Assembly (NCBI RefSeq): GCF_964204865.1
Contig: NC_135259.1
Span: 6,076,001 to 6,140,000, forward strand
DNA: 64,000 bases
Direction: 5' to 3'
From: Styela clava
Lineage: Eukaryota
The notes below the pieces were generated by a model that made no database searches, was not told the DNA's origin, and worked only from the letters and a program-made list of their open reading frames with translations. Of this stretch, positions 38,882-53,000 are shown in pieces. Made by a program: the position numbers and the translations under genes. Each line of letters opens with the position of its first letter. Within the stretch, counting starts at the first letter, position 1.

Positions 38882-41800
38882 ATATAAAGGCTTCAGTCAA
38901 TACACTGTACACGTATTTTTTTAAGAATTTTTCGTATTTTTGGTAAATAAAAATATTGTTTAAAACTTTGTTTTTCAAAAGTGGCTGAAAGAATTTTGAT
39001 CCCAAATCAAAGGTTTAGAAGCAAATCCGATTAATGAAAGTTATGTTTAATTTCACAGATAACATACTATTTTGGTATCCGTTAAATGCATTGTTACACG
39101 ATGACCTAAACCTACTGATTTTAAGTGAACTTCAAAATCAAAGTATAAAACGCAATATGATTGTTACAAAATAATGAAAAAATGAATTGACCAGCATAAT
39201 ATCGACCTTGATCCATAGTCTCTCTTTGTTGAAATAAAGATTACCATAATAACATAATTACATAGTGATGAAGATGGGCGTATTACATTGCAGCCAATGA
39301 AAATTATACTGTTGTAAATAGTTCTTTGAGTAGTTATAACAGTTTTTAAGAAATCAGGATTTCAGCCACCCAGATGTAAAATAAACACTCTTTTTCAAAC
39401 TTTATGCATATTAAAATTAAGTGATATCAAATACTCTATATTCGTTTGATCGGCAAAATTTTGCTCGGTTTATTTTATAATATAATTTACAATCATAAAT
39501 CAAAACGGCCCGAATATATATATATATGAGTGATGAATAATTATTATTCTCCCATTACATATTTCTACAATTTGAAAAATATAAAAATGTTTTCAAGTTC
39601 GACGATTTTCATAAAAGTTTAGTAAATCGTATAGTAAATTGTGAGAAAAATGAGGTAATTTGTCTCGGACTTCGGTAAAAAGACAACCTCGCGGAAAAAA
39701 ACGTGCCATGATCTTGCTGTTGATATCAAACCCGTAATAGTTTACAAAACATTACACGAACAAACATTACATGCCACAAACTGATGTCAAATGTAAACTG
39801 CGAATGATATCTATTGCATGTGTTTTACTGATGATAGAAGTATGGAAAGTTACATCATAATTTAGAATATTCTTGGCAATCTGATGGAGGAACTGAAATG
39901 ACAATCGGCTAGCAAAACAAATTTTGAAATATTATTTATCGATGGTACGGTAATGGCATTTGTAAATTCCCCGTATGATTTGGGCGCTGAACTCATTTCT
40001 CCCATTATATTCTCTCGCTGTGATCGACGTATGATTGTGGTTGTATTGTAAACTATATATACAACACAGCCCGTGTTTTGCGAATCATTATCGACATGAG
40101 GCGTCATGCGTGGCAGTCGATCTGAAAAGCAGCAAATTGACGAATCATGCTTCACAGTTTACAGCGAGTTCGTCTTCAGAATTCAAATGAAATTAAAAGA
40201 TGCGACTGAGCGTTAGAAATCGGGCAATATACATACAGTATTATGACTGCATGTCACGGTAAAACCAAGCAAAAATATTGAAACAATTTGTAGCGCAATT
40301 GTATAATTTACAGTGTTTGTCGCGCTCGGACTATAAATGGCCCGTGCTAGTATGTTTTAAACTCCCAGGAAAAGGTTTGCATTATTATATGGGCTATGTA
40401 GGAAACTACAGTTGTCAAGCACGCTGAACAATGTCATTCTTATATAAACATTTTTAATGCTTGGGAACAGAGCAGACCAATATCGAATTGGCGACAGCGT
40501 TATATAACGAAGTATTTTACTTTTAATCATCTTTTTCAGATTTATTATTGCTCTAAATCCGTCTATCTTGTGTCTCGTAGGTTACGTGCACAGCTATTGT
40601 ATCCATTATGCAATTAAATGATTGTGTCAGTATTAGATAAAAGTACAATTACGTAGATAAACGTACAATGACTAAAAAATGAAACGGTCTGCTTCTAGAT
40701 AATCTGGTTCTCGTGCGTGTTGGGCCATAATGTAAGCAGGCCAGGATAGGTTAGGAGCTTGATGGAAGATCCGTCACAGATTATAAGACTTGCACGTGAC
40801 ACCGGTAAGCTATTTTCGTATTGCTTTTTTTATATTACCTAAAGAAACTCGGCATACTTTATGTGCATAGACCGTATTGCAAAGGCGCAACGCAATTAGC
40901 ATGCCACGAGCGTGGTAAGTCATAGAAGTTCAAAATCGTGAGCATCGAAATACATCATATCTATTATTCGTTAGGATTAATCCATCTGTCGTCTAGTCGC
41001 AAAACACTATTGCGCAACCTTTCTAATTGAAACCGCTTAATCAACAAAACAGCCAACATGCGCCGATTTGTTTTTGAGAATCGAGAGCATAGGAATGGGG
41101 CCGTACAAAATTCCTTATTAATCGCCTGCTAAAATCGGTGCTGATGTTTCTACATCTTTATTGATGTAAAAAAAATGAAATAAAACAAGTGAGCAATGCT
41201 CCAATAGGCTACATGGTTAGGAAGGTCTAACCGCGAAGTTCATGCGATCTACGCCGAAGTCTGTTATCTGATTATTGAATTGCTTTGAAGTAAAATGGAA
41301 AATCTAGTCTAGAAAACTGTTTTTTTCACAAAAATAGAAGCATAATTCAGCAAATCGACCCATAAGTCCATTTTGTGCCTAATAACTTTTTTTGTGCTCA
41401 AATATTTGGTACGTATTCAGCTTTCTGGTGAAAAGAATAATGAAAACGTGAAAAACAATGAGCTGTCCATTCTTCTTCACACATTGAATTACCCAGTATT
41501 TCAAAATTAAGAGTAATATCATTGCTTTATGTGGATATTCGGAAATTTTATAAATTTAAATAGAAAGGTTAATTCGGGGAAGATTTGGAACAGCTGACGA
41601 CCTTATTTCCAGGATTTATAAAATAAACCGAACTAAGCTTCGATCGCGAGAAATTGTTTTTCGGCTAATAGACTTTTCCATGTCTATCACGAGCCTCGCA
41701 CGATGTGATTGAGGTTAAGGGTAGAAATGACATGATCTTGCTTTTCCAGTTATGAACATTGTGTGCTATTTGTCTTGTTCTGTGGAAATGAAACGATCAA

Positions 41801-43824
41801 ATGCACGTTTCTTCCGCGCAAATGGATTTGCATGTTGCAACAAATAGATAATATTGCAATGCTGCAATGCTAATATTGCAATTGCAATGCGTGAAAAGCT
41901 GCCTTTTGAGCATCCAAAAAATAAGATCAGGATTCAAACTACCGGAAATTTATCTTATCCAGCAACATTTTATTACATCACTGATTGAACGTGTATGCCG
42001 CCATGCTATGTAGTTTTAGTACATTACTTCTTTCAAAAAATTCAATTCAATTATCCCTTATCCAATGTTTTGTTGCGATTGCAATAGTATAATTTCTCCA
42101 CAATTTGCTGTATTATTTTGTGAATTGACTATTGTGTGAATTCGTGGACCTATGTCGTAAGCCTGGATTTTGGATGTTTATCCCCACTGAACCAGCGTAC
42201 TTCGCTTAAAATTAATTGCTTACGAATACTCGCGTGACCTCGCGAAAACGAGAGATTAGAACATTCAAGAAACACGTGATCCGCAGGCGACCATGAGAAT
42301 GAGTAAGTGTGACATCATGTTAGATGTGGAAACCCTAGAATAAAACGAGAGAGTCACGCGTCGAAGGCATGATGGGGTAAATTTAGGAAAATTACAGGGA
42401 AACGACCCAGAATTCTTCAATAACTGCTGTGAGCGTGTATGTTTTGAGCAGTGCTTTTTTTCCTCAGATCTATTCAATGATAGTATAGTATTCAATAGTA
42501 TAGTAGTCAATCTAGTATATAATATAATAAATAATTTGTCCATAATAATGTATTATCATGTAACCTTATACCGATATTCTGTTACAAAATATTTCGAAGC
42601 AATGAAATATAAAAAATAGCAAAAGTCTGTTTATAAAATTATAACGTTATATGGAGCGACCTAGCAAATTCCGAACTTAATCCGATATTTATCTAACATT
42701 CTGAATATTCCTATATATTACTGAATCAGTTCTGAAAGTGTTTTATTGTGTGATATTGAAGCACATATACACGTTCATGTCGAATAGATAAAAAAAATAA
42801 ATAAAAATGCACATAGCCACCCTCTGTATCGTTGTTATTGTAAAATAACCACTTGATACATTGTCGTTTTAAACGAGATTTATGGCATTCCAAAACATCA
42901 TAGCTGGCGCCAAAAATGATAAAATTAACGATTGGACTGACATTCACATTGAAATTTGGTGTAGGACGTGAATTTGAAATTATATTTATTCATTTCTGTG
43001 CAACAGAGAACTTGGGTGGGCTGCGTTGCCCGGATTGTCGTCGCTTGGAAATAATACAGCAGGTAGTCCTCAAAACATCTATAGCCTACATAGAAGAAGT
43101 GGGCGCTGACAAAGTTATTTCTACAAAAAAGATTCAAATTATTTAATTAAACAAGGTCACAGGTGTTACACGATGTTTTCGGCTATTATTAAATCATGAA
43201 CATTTAGTTGAGGACCATCGTAATGTTCATCAACCACATGAATTTCTACTTGAGTTCAATTTCAATTAGATGATTCAAAAAGTCAAATTGCATTGCACTT
43301 GTCTTGCAAATAAAGTGACTCTTGCAAGCATTGTGAAAGAATGCTTGAACGATTATTGAATTTTTAATTGGAAACTGATAAAGTGTAGCAGTGTTCATTA
43401 TCGGGTTAGCAAGACTTGAATTAATTAAAAGGAGAAATTGTTGAATACAACTTTTCAATTGCTCATCTGTTAAATGCAACTCGCACTGATTTAAAAAAAT
43501 TTGATTAGTTCATGTTTTTCGCATAAGACGTCTGATTATAATTCAACTTATAAGTAATAGACGCAGCATCGATATTCAATTCTATCAATTCATTTATCAC
43601 GCACAATTATAGATTTTTAAATGAATTTTGAATTGACGTTTATTTTTATTTGTTTCTTACCAAGTTGTCTTTTTAGATGAAGATTTATATCATATATTCC
43701 ATACAGATCAGACATTACAGATGCCCCCACGCTAGCCTTGGTCAGTCAGATATATAAATTTCGTTTGCACAATTGCAAGTTTGAACTCAACTCGTTTTGC
43801 TAAAAGAAAAATTACAAATGAAAT

Positions 43825-44911
43825 TTAATGTGACTCTTGTTTTGCATCACGATTGATAGCTTTTTGACATCAAGCGGCACTCGGGATGGGCATCGCTAAT
43901 CCAAGTTCACAGCTTGTTCTTTGTAATGTTCATTTTCGAAAATAATTGTTCGCAAGCATGTAGTTCCAAACATCGATGTGAATTTTTTCTTATGGTTTGT
44001 CAAATTTGGATAGAGATTTCCTTCAAGAAAGCTTTTAATGAGAATCAAGCAGTGATAAATCTCTCGAATAGAATATGGATTTTATTTCCTCATTGCATTG
44101 CATCTCAAGAAGTTTCATTTGAATACTTTCTGCAACCTTATTATGTTGGCATCAAACGGAATACCAAATAGTCTGAATTCATTTTCAATGGAACGAACGT
44201 CAGCATCCTTTTGACCACGTTTAACATCCCCTGACATTTCTTTTATTCGCCAAGTTACGGTTCTAGCAGAAAGGCTGATATTGGAAAATAAATTTTCTCT
44301 TTAAGGGCATACTTGGCGACGACGGTTATCGAGCGATTTTTCACGAATTCGCCCTCGACAAGGGGCTTCATGTGTTACGCAATTTCAAAACTTTTTCGAA
44401 ACTGGCAACAGTATTTTTCTCGTTTTGGTTGTATATTGCTTTAGAAAAAAAGAGCTTTGTTTTTCTACACCGACTTTGAATTGTTTAATCTTATTCTTCA
44501 TCCTTTAGCAATCTATCCCCCCTTTGAATAGTTTTTCTAGGCCAATTTTGAAATCCTTCGTTTCATAATGACGTCTAATGTTCTATAACTTTTTGTCCAA
44601 GTGTTCTGTCCCATTGAACCCTCTGCACTTAGCATAAACTTTTCTGTGTTTTTGCCCTTTGTCTAATTATAATTAAATCGTAGGCTCATTAAACGAGTAT
44701 CTGTTTACTAAATTGGTTGGTTATAATATAATTTAGTCTACATGTGTCCCACAATAAAATCTGTTACGTCTAAAGAATATAATATTTTTCTAGAACGTAG
44801 ATATTAAAAACGTTAAATTCGTCGTCAGAACCGTTGTTTTGTCGCTGTATTTCAGTGAAGCGTCGCGGGCCGGATTATTTTACTCCGCGGGCCGTAGGTT
44901 GTCGACCCCTG
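43825..44911 (-). mobile_element. Decayed hAT (GTF2IRD2-like) transposon, copy 2 (inside the 6-kb duplication)
   Basis: Duplicate of 37795-38881. Confidence 0.7.
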
Positions 44912-47094
44912 ATATAAAGGCTTCAGTCAATACACTGTACACGTATTTTTTTAAGAATTTTTCGTATTTTTGGTAAATAAAAATATTGTTTAAAACTTTG
45001 TTTTTCAAAAGTGGCTGAAAGAATTTTGATCCCAAATCAAAGGTTTAGAAGCAAATCCGATTAATGAAAGTTATGTTTAATTTCACAGATAACATACTAT
45101 TTTGGTATCCGTTAAATGCATTGTTACACGATGACCTAAACCTACTGATTTTAAGTGAACTTCAAAATCAAAGTATAAAACGCAATATGATTGTTACAAA
45201 ATAATGAAAAAATGAATTGACCAGCATAATATCGACCTTGATCCCAAGTCTCTCTTTGTTGAAATAAAGATTACCATAATAACATAATTACATAGTGATG
45301 AAGATGGGCGTATTACATTGCAGCCAATGAAAATTATACTGTTGTAAATAGTTCTTTGAGTAGTTATAACAGTTTTTAAGAAATCAGGATTTTAGCCACC
45401 CAGATGTAAAATAAACACTCTTTTTCAAACTTTATGCATATTAAAATTAAGTGATATCAAATACTCTATATTCGTTTGATCGGCAAAATTTTGCTCGGTT
45501 TATTTTATAATATAATTTACAATCATAAATCAAAACGGCCCGAATATATATATATATGAGTGATGAATAATTATTATTCTCCCATTACATATTTCTACAA
45601 TTTGAAAAATATAAAAATGTTTTCAAGTTCGACGATTTTCATAAAAGTTTAGTAAATCGTATAGTAAATTGTGAGAAAAATGAGGTAATTTGTCTCGGAC
45701 TTCGGTAAAAAGACAACCTCGCGGAAAAAAACGTGCCATGATCTTGCTGTTGATATCAAACCCGTAATAGTTTACAAAACATTACACGAACAAACATTAC
45801 ATGCCACAAACTGATGTCAAATGTAAACTGCGAATGATATCTATTGCATGTGTTTTACTGATGATAGAAGTATGGAAAGTTACATCATAATTTAGAATAT
45901 TCTTGGCAATCTGATGGAGGAACTGAAATGACAATCGGCTAGCAAAACAAATTTTGAAATATTATTTATCGATGGTACGGTAATGGCATTTGTAAATTCC
46001 CCGTATGATTTGGGCGCTGAACTCATTTCTCCCATTATATTCTCTCGCTGTGATCGACGTATGATTGTGGTTGTATTGTAAACTATATATACAACACAGC
46101 CCGTGTTTTGCGAATCATTATCGACATGAGGCGTCATGCGTGGCAGTCGATCTGAAAAGCAGCAAATTGACGAATCATGCTTCACAGTTTACAGCGAGTT
46201 CGTCTTCAGAATTCAAATGAAATTAAAAGATGCGACTGAGCGTTAGAAATCGGGCAATATACATACAGTATTATGACTGCATGTCACGGTAAAACCAAGC
46301 AAAAATATTGAAACAATTTGTAGCGCAATTGTATAATTTACAGTGTTTGTCGCGCTCGGACTATAAATGGCCCGTGCTAGTATGTTTTAAACTCCCAGGA
46401 AAAGGTTTGCATTATTATATGGGCTATGTAGGAAACTACAGTTGTCAAGCACGCTGAACAATGTCATTCTTATATAAACATTTTTAATGCTTGGGAACAG
46501 AGCAGACCAATATCGAATTGGCGACAGCGTTATATAACGAAGTATTTTACTTTTAATCATCTTTTTCAGATTTATTATTGCTCTAAATCCGTCTATCTTG
46601 TGTCTCGTAGGTTACGTGCACAGCTATTGTATCCATTATGCAATTAAATGATTGTGTCAGTATTAGATAAAAGTACAATTACGTATATAAACGTACAATG
46701 ACTAAAAAATGAAACGGTCTGCTTCTAGATAATCTGGTTCTCGTGCGTGTTGGGCCATAATGTAAGCAGGCCAGGATAGGTTAGGAGCTTGATGGAAGAT
46801 CCGTCACAGATTATAAGACTTGCACGTGACACCGGTAAGCTATTTTCTCCGCAGTACCTACATAATATCGCACCGGCATCGACCATTCACAGCTGGTATT
46901 GGCTGGTTTTGCAATCTTTCACGTATAAGCTCAGAAGAATACAGTTCAAATTGATTGGAATCTATTATAAGTAGAAAGTCGTTACGTTTGTTAGCGATAA
47001 AGCATCAATTTTTTTTAATTTTACATTTACAGCTATAAATAGAATATATATGATAGATTTCAACAGTTGATATTTGAAAGAGAAAGATTTCGTA

Positions 47095-50000
47095 ATGCAG
47101 AAGTAAGTAGATTTGCTAATAGTCGCACCGTAAATTTTGAAAGGTCAAAGATCAAAGAAAGATCAAAATTAAAACGGATTCCCACTTGCCTTTAGGGAAT
47201 ATAAACGCGCGTTCTATGCGTGTGCACAATATTTCGTCAAACTTGTTATTAAAAATTGCAAATGTTAATGTAATTGATTTTTATCATTTTCCATTTCCAA
47301 ATAATGTAAAAATTACCAACTTGTTGCCATCAAAATGATATATGTGAGGCTAACGATTTATATGGATGGTTTGTTTGTATCATTGCTACTAAATTATCAA
47401 CATTTGCTTATTATTATACATTATTATGTTCTGCATCTTATATTATTCTTTTCGTCTTTTAAAAATCTTTGATGTTGAATATTTCAATGTTTCAGCAAAC
47501 AGCAACCTACCCCGACTATGATTGTAGTATCGAATAGACTACCATTTGTTCTCAAAAGAGATGAAGACGGGAATTTAACAAGAAAAGCTTCAGCGGGGGG
47601 TCTTGTAACTGCTGTTGCGCCGGTAGTCGTTGAATGTAAAGGACTGTGGGTATGTAAAACAAACTAAGCATGGTTGAGTAAATCCTATTCGATTAGAAAT
47701 TGTTTATATATATATATATACTTCACTTTCTATTTCAGGTTGGTTGGCCTGGTGTTCATCTTGAGAATCCTGATGAGCCTATTCCCGAATCATCCCCGGA
47801 TGCGAAAGGTCCAACTGCCGGGTTGATGGCAAAACAGGTAATGACTTTGCTTTGCACAGTCAAAACATTAGTATATACGAAGCGAACAATTTTGTACGTT
47901 CACTCCTATTAAACAAAATTAACCAAATACATAGGAAATATCCATTTCGAACAGAAAGTGCTTTGGTTACATATCTGTTTTTAAAATTGAACAAATGTAC
48001 ATATCCGTGTCTTTATTTCAGGTAGTTCCAGTCCATGTCGAACGAAATGATTTGGAAAAATATTACAACGGATGCTGTAATAGCGCTTTCTGGCCTTTAT
48101 TCCATTCAATGCCCGACAGAGCCGTTTTTAATTTTCAGCATTGGGAATCTTACTGCAGAGTTAATCAGGTAATAAGTTCTAAAAAATCTCGCTATATGTT
48201 CATTACATATTGAGTAAATAGAGAATTTCGCGATATCTTACTGGATTTTAACTTCACGCGATTAAAGTTTTTTAATTACAATTTCAGACGTTTGCTGAAA
48301 AAACAGTTGCATCCGTCCGTAAACTTCAACTGGACGAAGGAAATAAAAGAGTAAGTAATTTTACACTTTCAAGGCTTGCTAAAATATATCATAGATTTAT
48401 GAACTATTCATAAGTCTCTCATATGGGAACGATTACATTCAAGAAACAAATTTAGCAACTCGATAGATTGGTGAGGTCCGAAAGGATGACAACGAACTTG
48501 GGCCCAACAGTGATTGGGCCAATGGTGACACACCCAGTTATCATGTGGGCGTGTGATGTCTATGCGTCAAAAATCGATGCGAAAAGACTTCTAATGAGGC
48601 GCGTTGAACATCGTTGTCAACCGATCGGCCATGTATCCAAAATATCTAAATCAACCTGTAATGAAACGCCATGGTAATCGAAGATTTTAATAAGAGCATC
48701 TGTAGATGCTTTTCTTACAAAACCTAAATGTTTGACATTAACCTTACTAGAGTTTATTTGAAATATACCCGACAATTATTGGTTTAAAACAGATGATCGC
48801 ATTATACTTAACGATTTTTATCTTTCCCACAAAGCTTGTTTAATTTGTACTTTATATTTTGAAAAATTCCGAAAACACGGCGCGCAAAAGAAATTCACTT
48901 CAAAGAGCGATAGAACTTCTTTTTTAGCAAAGCCAACGTTAATAAACACTTTTAATTCGCTGAATATTTCAATCTAAGAAGGATTAGATTCCGCTCTTAA
49001 AATTGTGTCGCGATGCGGTGGCGCGGTCGAAAGAGTAAAGTATGTTTTGTGTTTGTTTTCGTTTAATGAAAATTTATTATAAGTGTACGATGTAAATTGT
49101 TTAACATTAGATATGGGTTTAAGGTACTCTCTCCGAAGAATATCACACAAAATAAAGGTGTGTTTGTTGAACTCGTTTGCTATTGTTGAATTTTTCCACA
49201 ATAAAAAATTCAGCATCTGCCAAACCTACAGTACCGGTACTTATTAGTACATCTTCTGACAAATTGATAACTGAGTATTAAAATCAGAAGGCGCTAACGT
49301 TTTATATTGTCGCACATTATTATGGAAGACAATGAAAAATTGTCATATATTGTAATACGTGTTTGTGTTATTGTTTGAAAAGTTCCTGATATTCTATTAC
49401 TTTTTTAGACTCCTCTGGTCTGGATTCATGATTTCCATTTGATGGTTGCAGCTAACACTATACGGCAATCGATGGAGGATGATCCCACATTAAAATGCAG
49501 CCTCGGTTTCTTTCTTCACATACCCTTCCCACCCTATGATATATTTCGTATATTTCCCTGGGATGACGAAATTCTGCAAGTAAGACTTTGACATTGCTTA
49601 CATCGACCAAACATTTACAATTTCAAACCATTCATTCAGCGTCTCGTATATAAATGAATATTTGATATCTATTTGCAATCAATTTAACTGCGTCAACGAT
49701 TATAACTAACCCATAGAATATTTTCCACATCATAAGATCAAAACAGATATAGACAGGCATCCACGTCGCTGTCAGTACCCACTTACCGCAGACAAGCACT
49801 TGGAGCGTGTCCAAAACGTGCCGTTTATAAGACTTATGTGTATCGACAGTGTTTTCGGTATAAATATACGCAATTCAACCAAAAGTCTACAGGTTCGTGT
49901 ATAGCCAATCCTTCAATGCTCGTATCATTTTAATAAGTTTATTTATTTGCTTACCAGGGACTTCTTGGTCATGATCTCGTCGGATTTCACATCGAATCAT

Positions 50001-53000
50001 ATGCATTGAACTTTATTGACTGTTGCCAACAAAGACTTGGTTGCAGAGTGGACAAAGATAGAATGCTCGTTGAGCACGGTGGACGAACGGTCAGAGTACG
50101 AGCACTTCCCATAGGTAAGTTATCCAACAACTAGTGTACTGTCTAACGATTTAGATATATCCAAAAATTCCCATCAATAAACTGGAAATATTATTCTACC
50201 CGCCGCATACGAAAAATAGTTAAGAACCACTCAAAAGTATTTAATCAAAATTGTACATCGCTCATGTTACTGAGGTCGAACGCGTTAAAAATTAAGTAGA
50301 AATTATACATTTAATACCTCATTCCAGGTTTCGTCCATTTTCCCAGTATTTCTCTATTTTCGTGTTGTTTCTTTAATTTTTTATTCGTGTGCTGTTCTTG
50401 GAGATGCTGTTCTAAGCTATTCTCTACTTTGTTAGGCCATGACCTGTTTTTAAACTTTGTTTAGGTTTCAAAATCTAGTTCAGCTCGTTTTTACATGTAA
50501 CATGATTATCATTGCAGTTGACCTTATGCTGCTGCTGCTATCCACAGATACTGACATAAACCATTAACCTTATTTGAGAAACCTGAATTTTTCATGATTT
50601 CCATTCGTTTCACAGGAATACCATTTAATCGTTTTGTGACGCTAGCCAAAGAATCACAACCATTTGTGAGACAAAATCCTGATCAGAAGCTTGTACTTGG
50701 CGTAGATAGACTTGATTATACAAAAGGACTTTTAAATCGGTAAAATATCTAGGCTAATTGTTACAAAGTATATCATTGCTATTGCTGAAGTCGCAGATAT
50801 GTGACATTCAACTGATATATATTTTTGTAGGGCTTATTTTCAAAACTGAATCGGATCGTATGAGCTAATACAGCATGTAATATTGATAAACTGTAAGCAT
50901 GAAAATTCCATGTCATGTCAACGGGACGCTGAAGAGTGACTCTCATACAACATAGACGTAATCTACTTTTATTTCCTAATTTCAGAGTTCGAAGTATTGA
51001 GAGGCTTTTAGAACTGTATCCCGAGCATAAAGAAAAAATCATATTCTTGCAAGTTGCTGTACCTTCTCGGACTGATGTGGAGGAATATCAGGTGAAATTA
51101 AAAGAAATATTCTGTAAATTTGAATACTGTAAAAATAGCGCACTGAAACAATATTTAAATACTCTTTATTGCAGAGTTATTGATTGTAAATGCTATCATA
51201 TTGTTATCTATTTACATTTAGATTCTCAAAGAAGAACTGGATCAAGAGGTTGGGAGAATCAACGGAAGATTTTCCAATCCAAATTGGAGCCCAATCCGAT
51301 ATATTTATCGGTCTTTGGGCCAAGATGAGCTCGCTTCTTATTATCGTGCGGCTGATGTCGCACTTGTAACTCCGCTAAGAGATGGAATGAATCTCGTGGC
51401 AAAGGTTAGTGTCATGATAAAATCTTTGAATAGGTGTTTTGTACGAAGATACTTGTGCCAATATTGCACATCGGGATAATCAGAAAGACCAGTATTCTCA
51501 TTATCCTGGCAAATAGAAAAAACATTTGAAATTTTGAATTGTTCTGGCAACGAGGAAGTGGAGTATCAAATTATTATGTTAGCGTTACGCGATATACCGA
51601 ATCGGAAATGTCAACTAACAATATGATTATTATTTAATTAATTAAAGCCGCGCTAAAAAAAGTTCAATTGTAGTAGGAAATCGTAGACCGTCATTCAAGT
51701 GTTATTTTCATCTGAGAGTTGAATGCTCTGGTCTTGTACAATACAAACCACACGCCGCCTCTTTCTATTTTCTACGAATGTTTCATGAACCGGCTTTTAT
51801 TTAAATAACAATAATTAGAGTATTTATTTTCACTAACTGTAATAGCTTATAGTGTGATATCTGATGATAAAGGTATGCTTGTTTTGAATTCACAGGAATT
51901 TGTGGCATGTCAGACTGAAGATCCCGGCGTTTTGATTTTATCTCCTTTCACCGGAGCGGGAGAGACCATGTTAGAATCTCTGCTCGTAAATCCATACGAG
52001 ACAACCGAAATGGCGAATGCAATCAACCGTGCAATCTCCATGCCTGAAGATGAAAGACAAGTTCGAATGAATTTATTGAGGAAACGAGAAAAGCAAAATG
52101 ACGTTCATTACTGGCTTCAGTCATTTTTGAGAGGTAATTTCCAGGTACCATAAACGTGTACAGAATTTGGGCCAAATTGCTGTGATGCTGTTTCACCAGA
52201 CGCCAAATTTTGCACTCAATAATTTCATAACAAGTTTACTAAAACAGTATTTAATTAGCAATTAATTCTACTGCGACAGAACTATCACGCCTGTGCACCA
52301 TTTGCACTTGTTACAAGCTTGAAAATCTTCTGTTTCAGCTATGGGAACGGTGATGACTGGAGATCAAAATGATGATTTCAATTCCACGATTGAACCGTTT
52401 AAAGTGGAGGACTTTGATTTGTGGATGTCTAGATATGTCGACGATACAAGCAAACTGGCGTTACTTCTCGATTATGACGGTAATAATGTTGACAATATAT
52501 TGAAAAAAGCCTTATCAAATTTAATGGCGCGTTTTGGATGTCAGTGACCCACAAACAAAAAACATGTTCACTTGACGGATATTTTTTGTTGTGGTATATG
52601 GCCAAATAAATACATAATAATCCCCGAATTTACTCCAATGTGTCCATCTTCATCACTTTTCATGTTTTCTTTAGGAACACTTGCCCCTATAGCATCTCAT
52701 CCAGACTTGGCATTGATGCCAACTGAAACAAAAAGGGTTTTGGAAAGACTATGCAATATCAGCGATGTTCATATTGCAATTGTATCTGGCAGAAAAGTTG
52801 AAAATGTAAAAGAGATGGTTGGAATTGACAAGGTAATTAAATTATTTCAAATTGAATCGATTAATTTCGAATTCGAACTTTAATTTTTAACATAAAACTA
52901 TTCTTGAATAGATTACTTATGCCGGGAGTCATGGATTGGAAATCATACATCCTGATGGTACAAAATTTATTCACCCAGGACCACAGCAGTATGCGGCAAA

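Larger units (their letters stand above)
34786..46847. repeat. Near-identical 6030-bp tandem duplication (34786-40815 and 40816-46845)
   Basis: Identical ORF sets are offset by about 6030 bp. About 20 differences were spotted by eye; 2-bp 'tc' microhomology at the junction. Confidence 0.95.

Noticed and set aside
36234-46185. Repeated ORFs (92, 73, 76, 85, 97 aa) occurring twice
   Set aside because: Their identity results from the recent 6-kb duplication and is not evidence of coding conservation; one is antisense to a decayed transposase.
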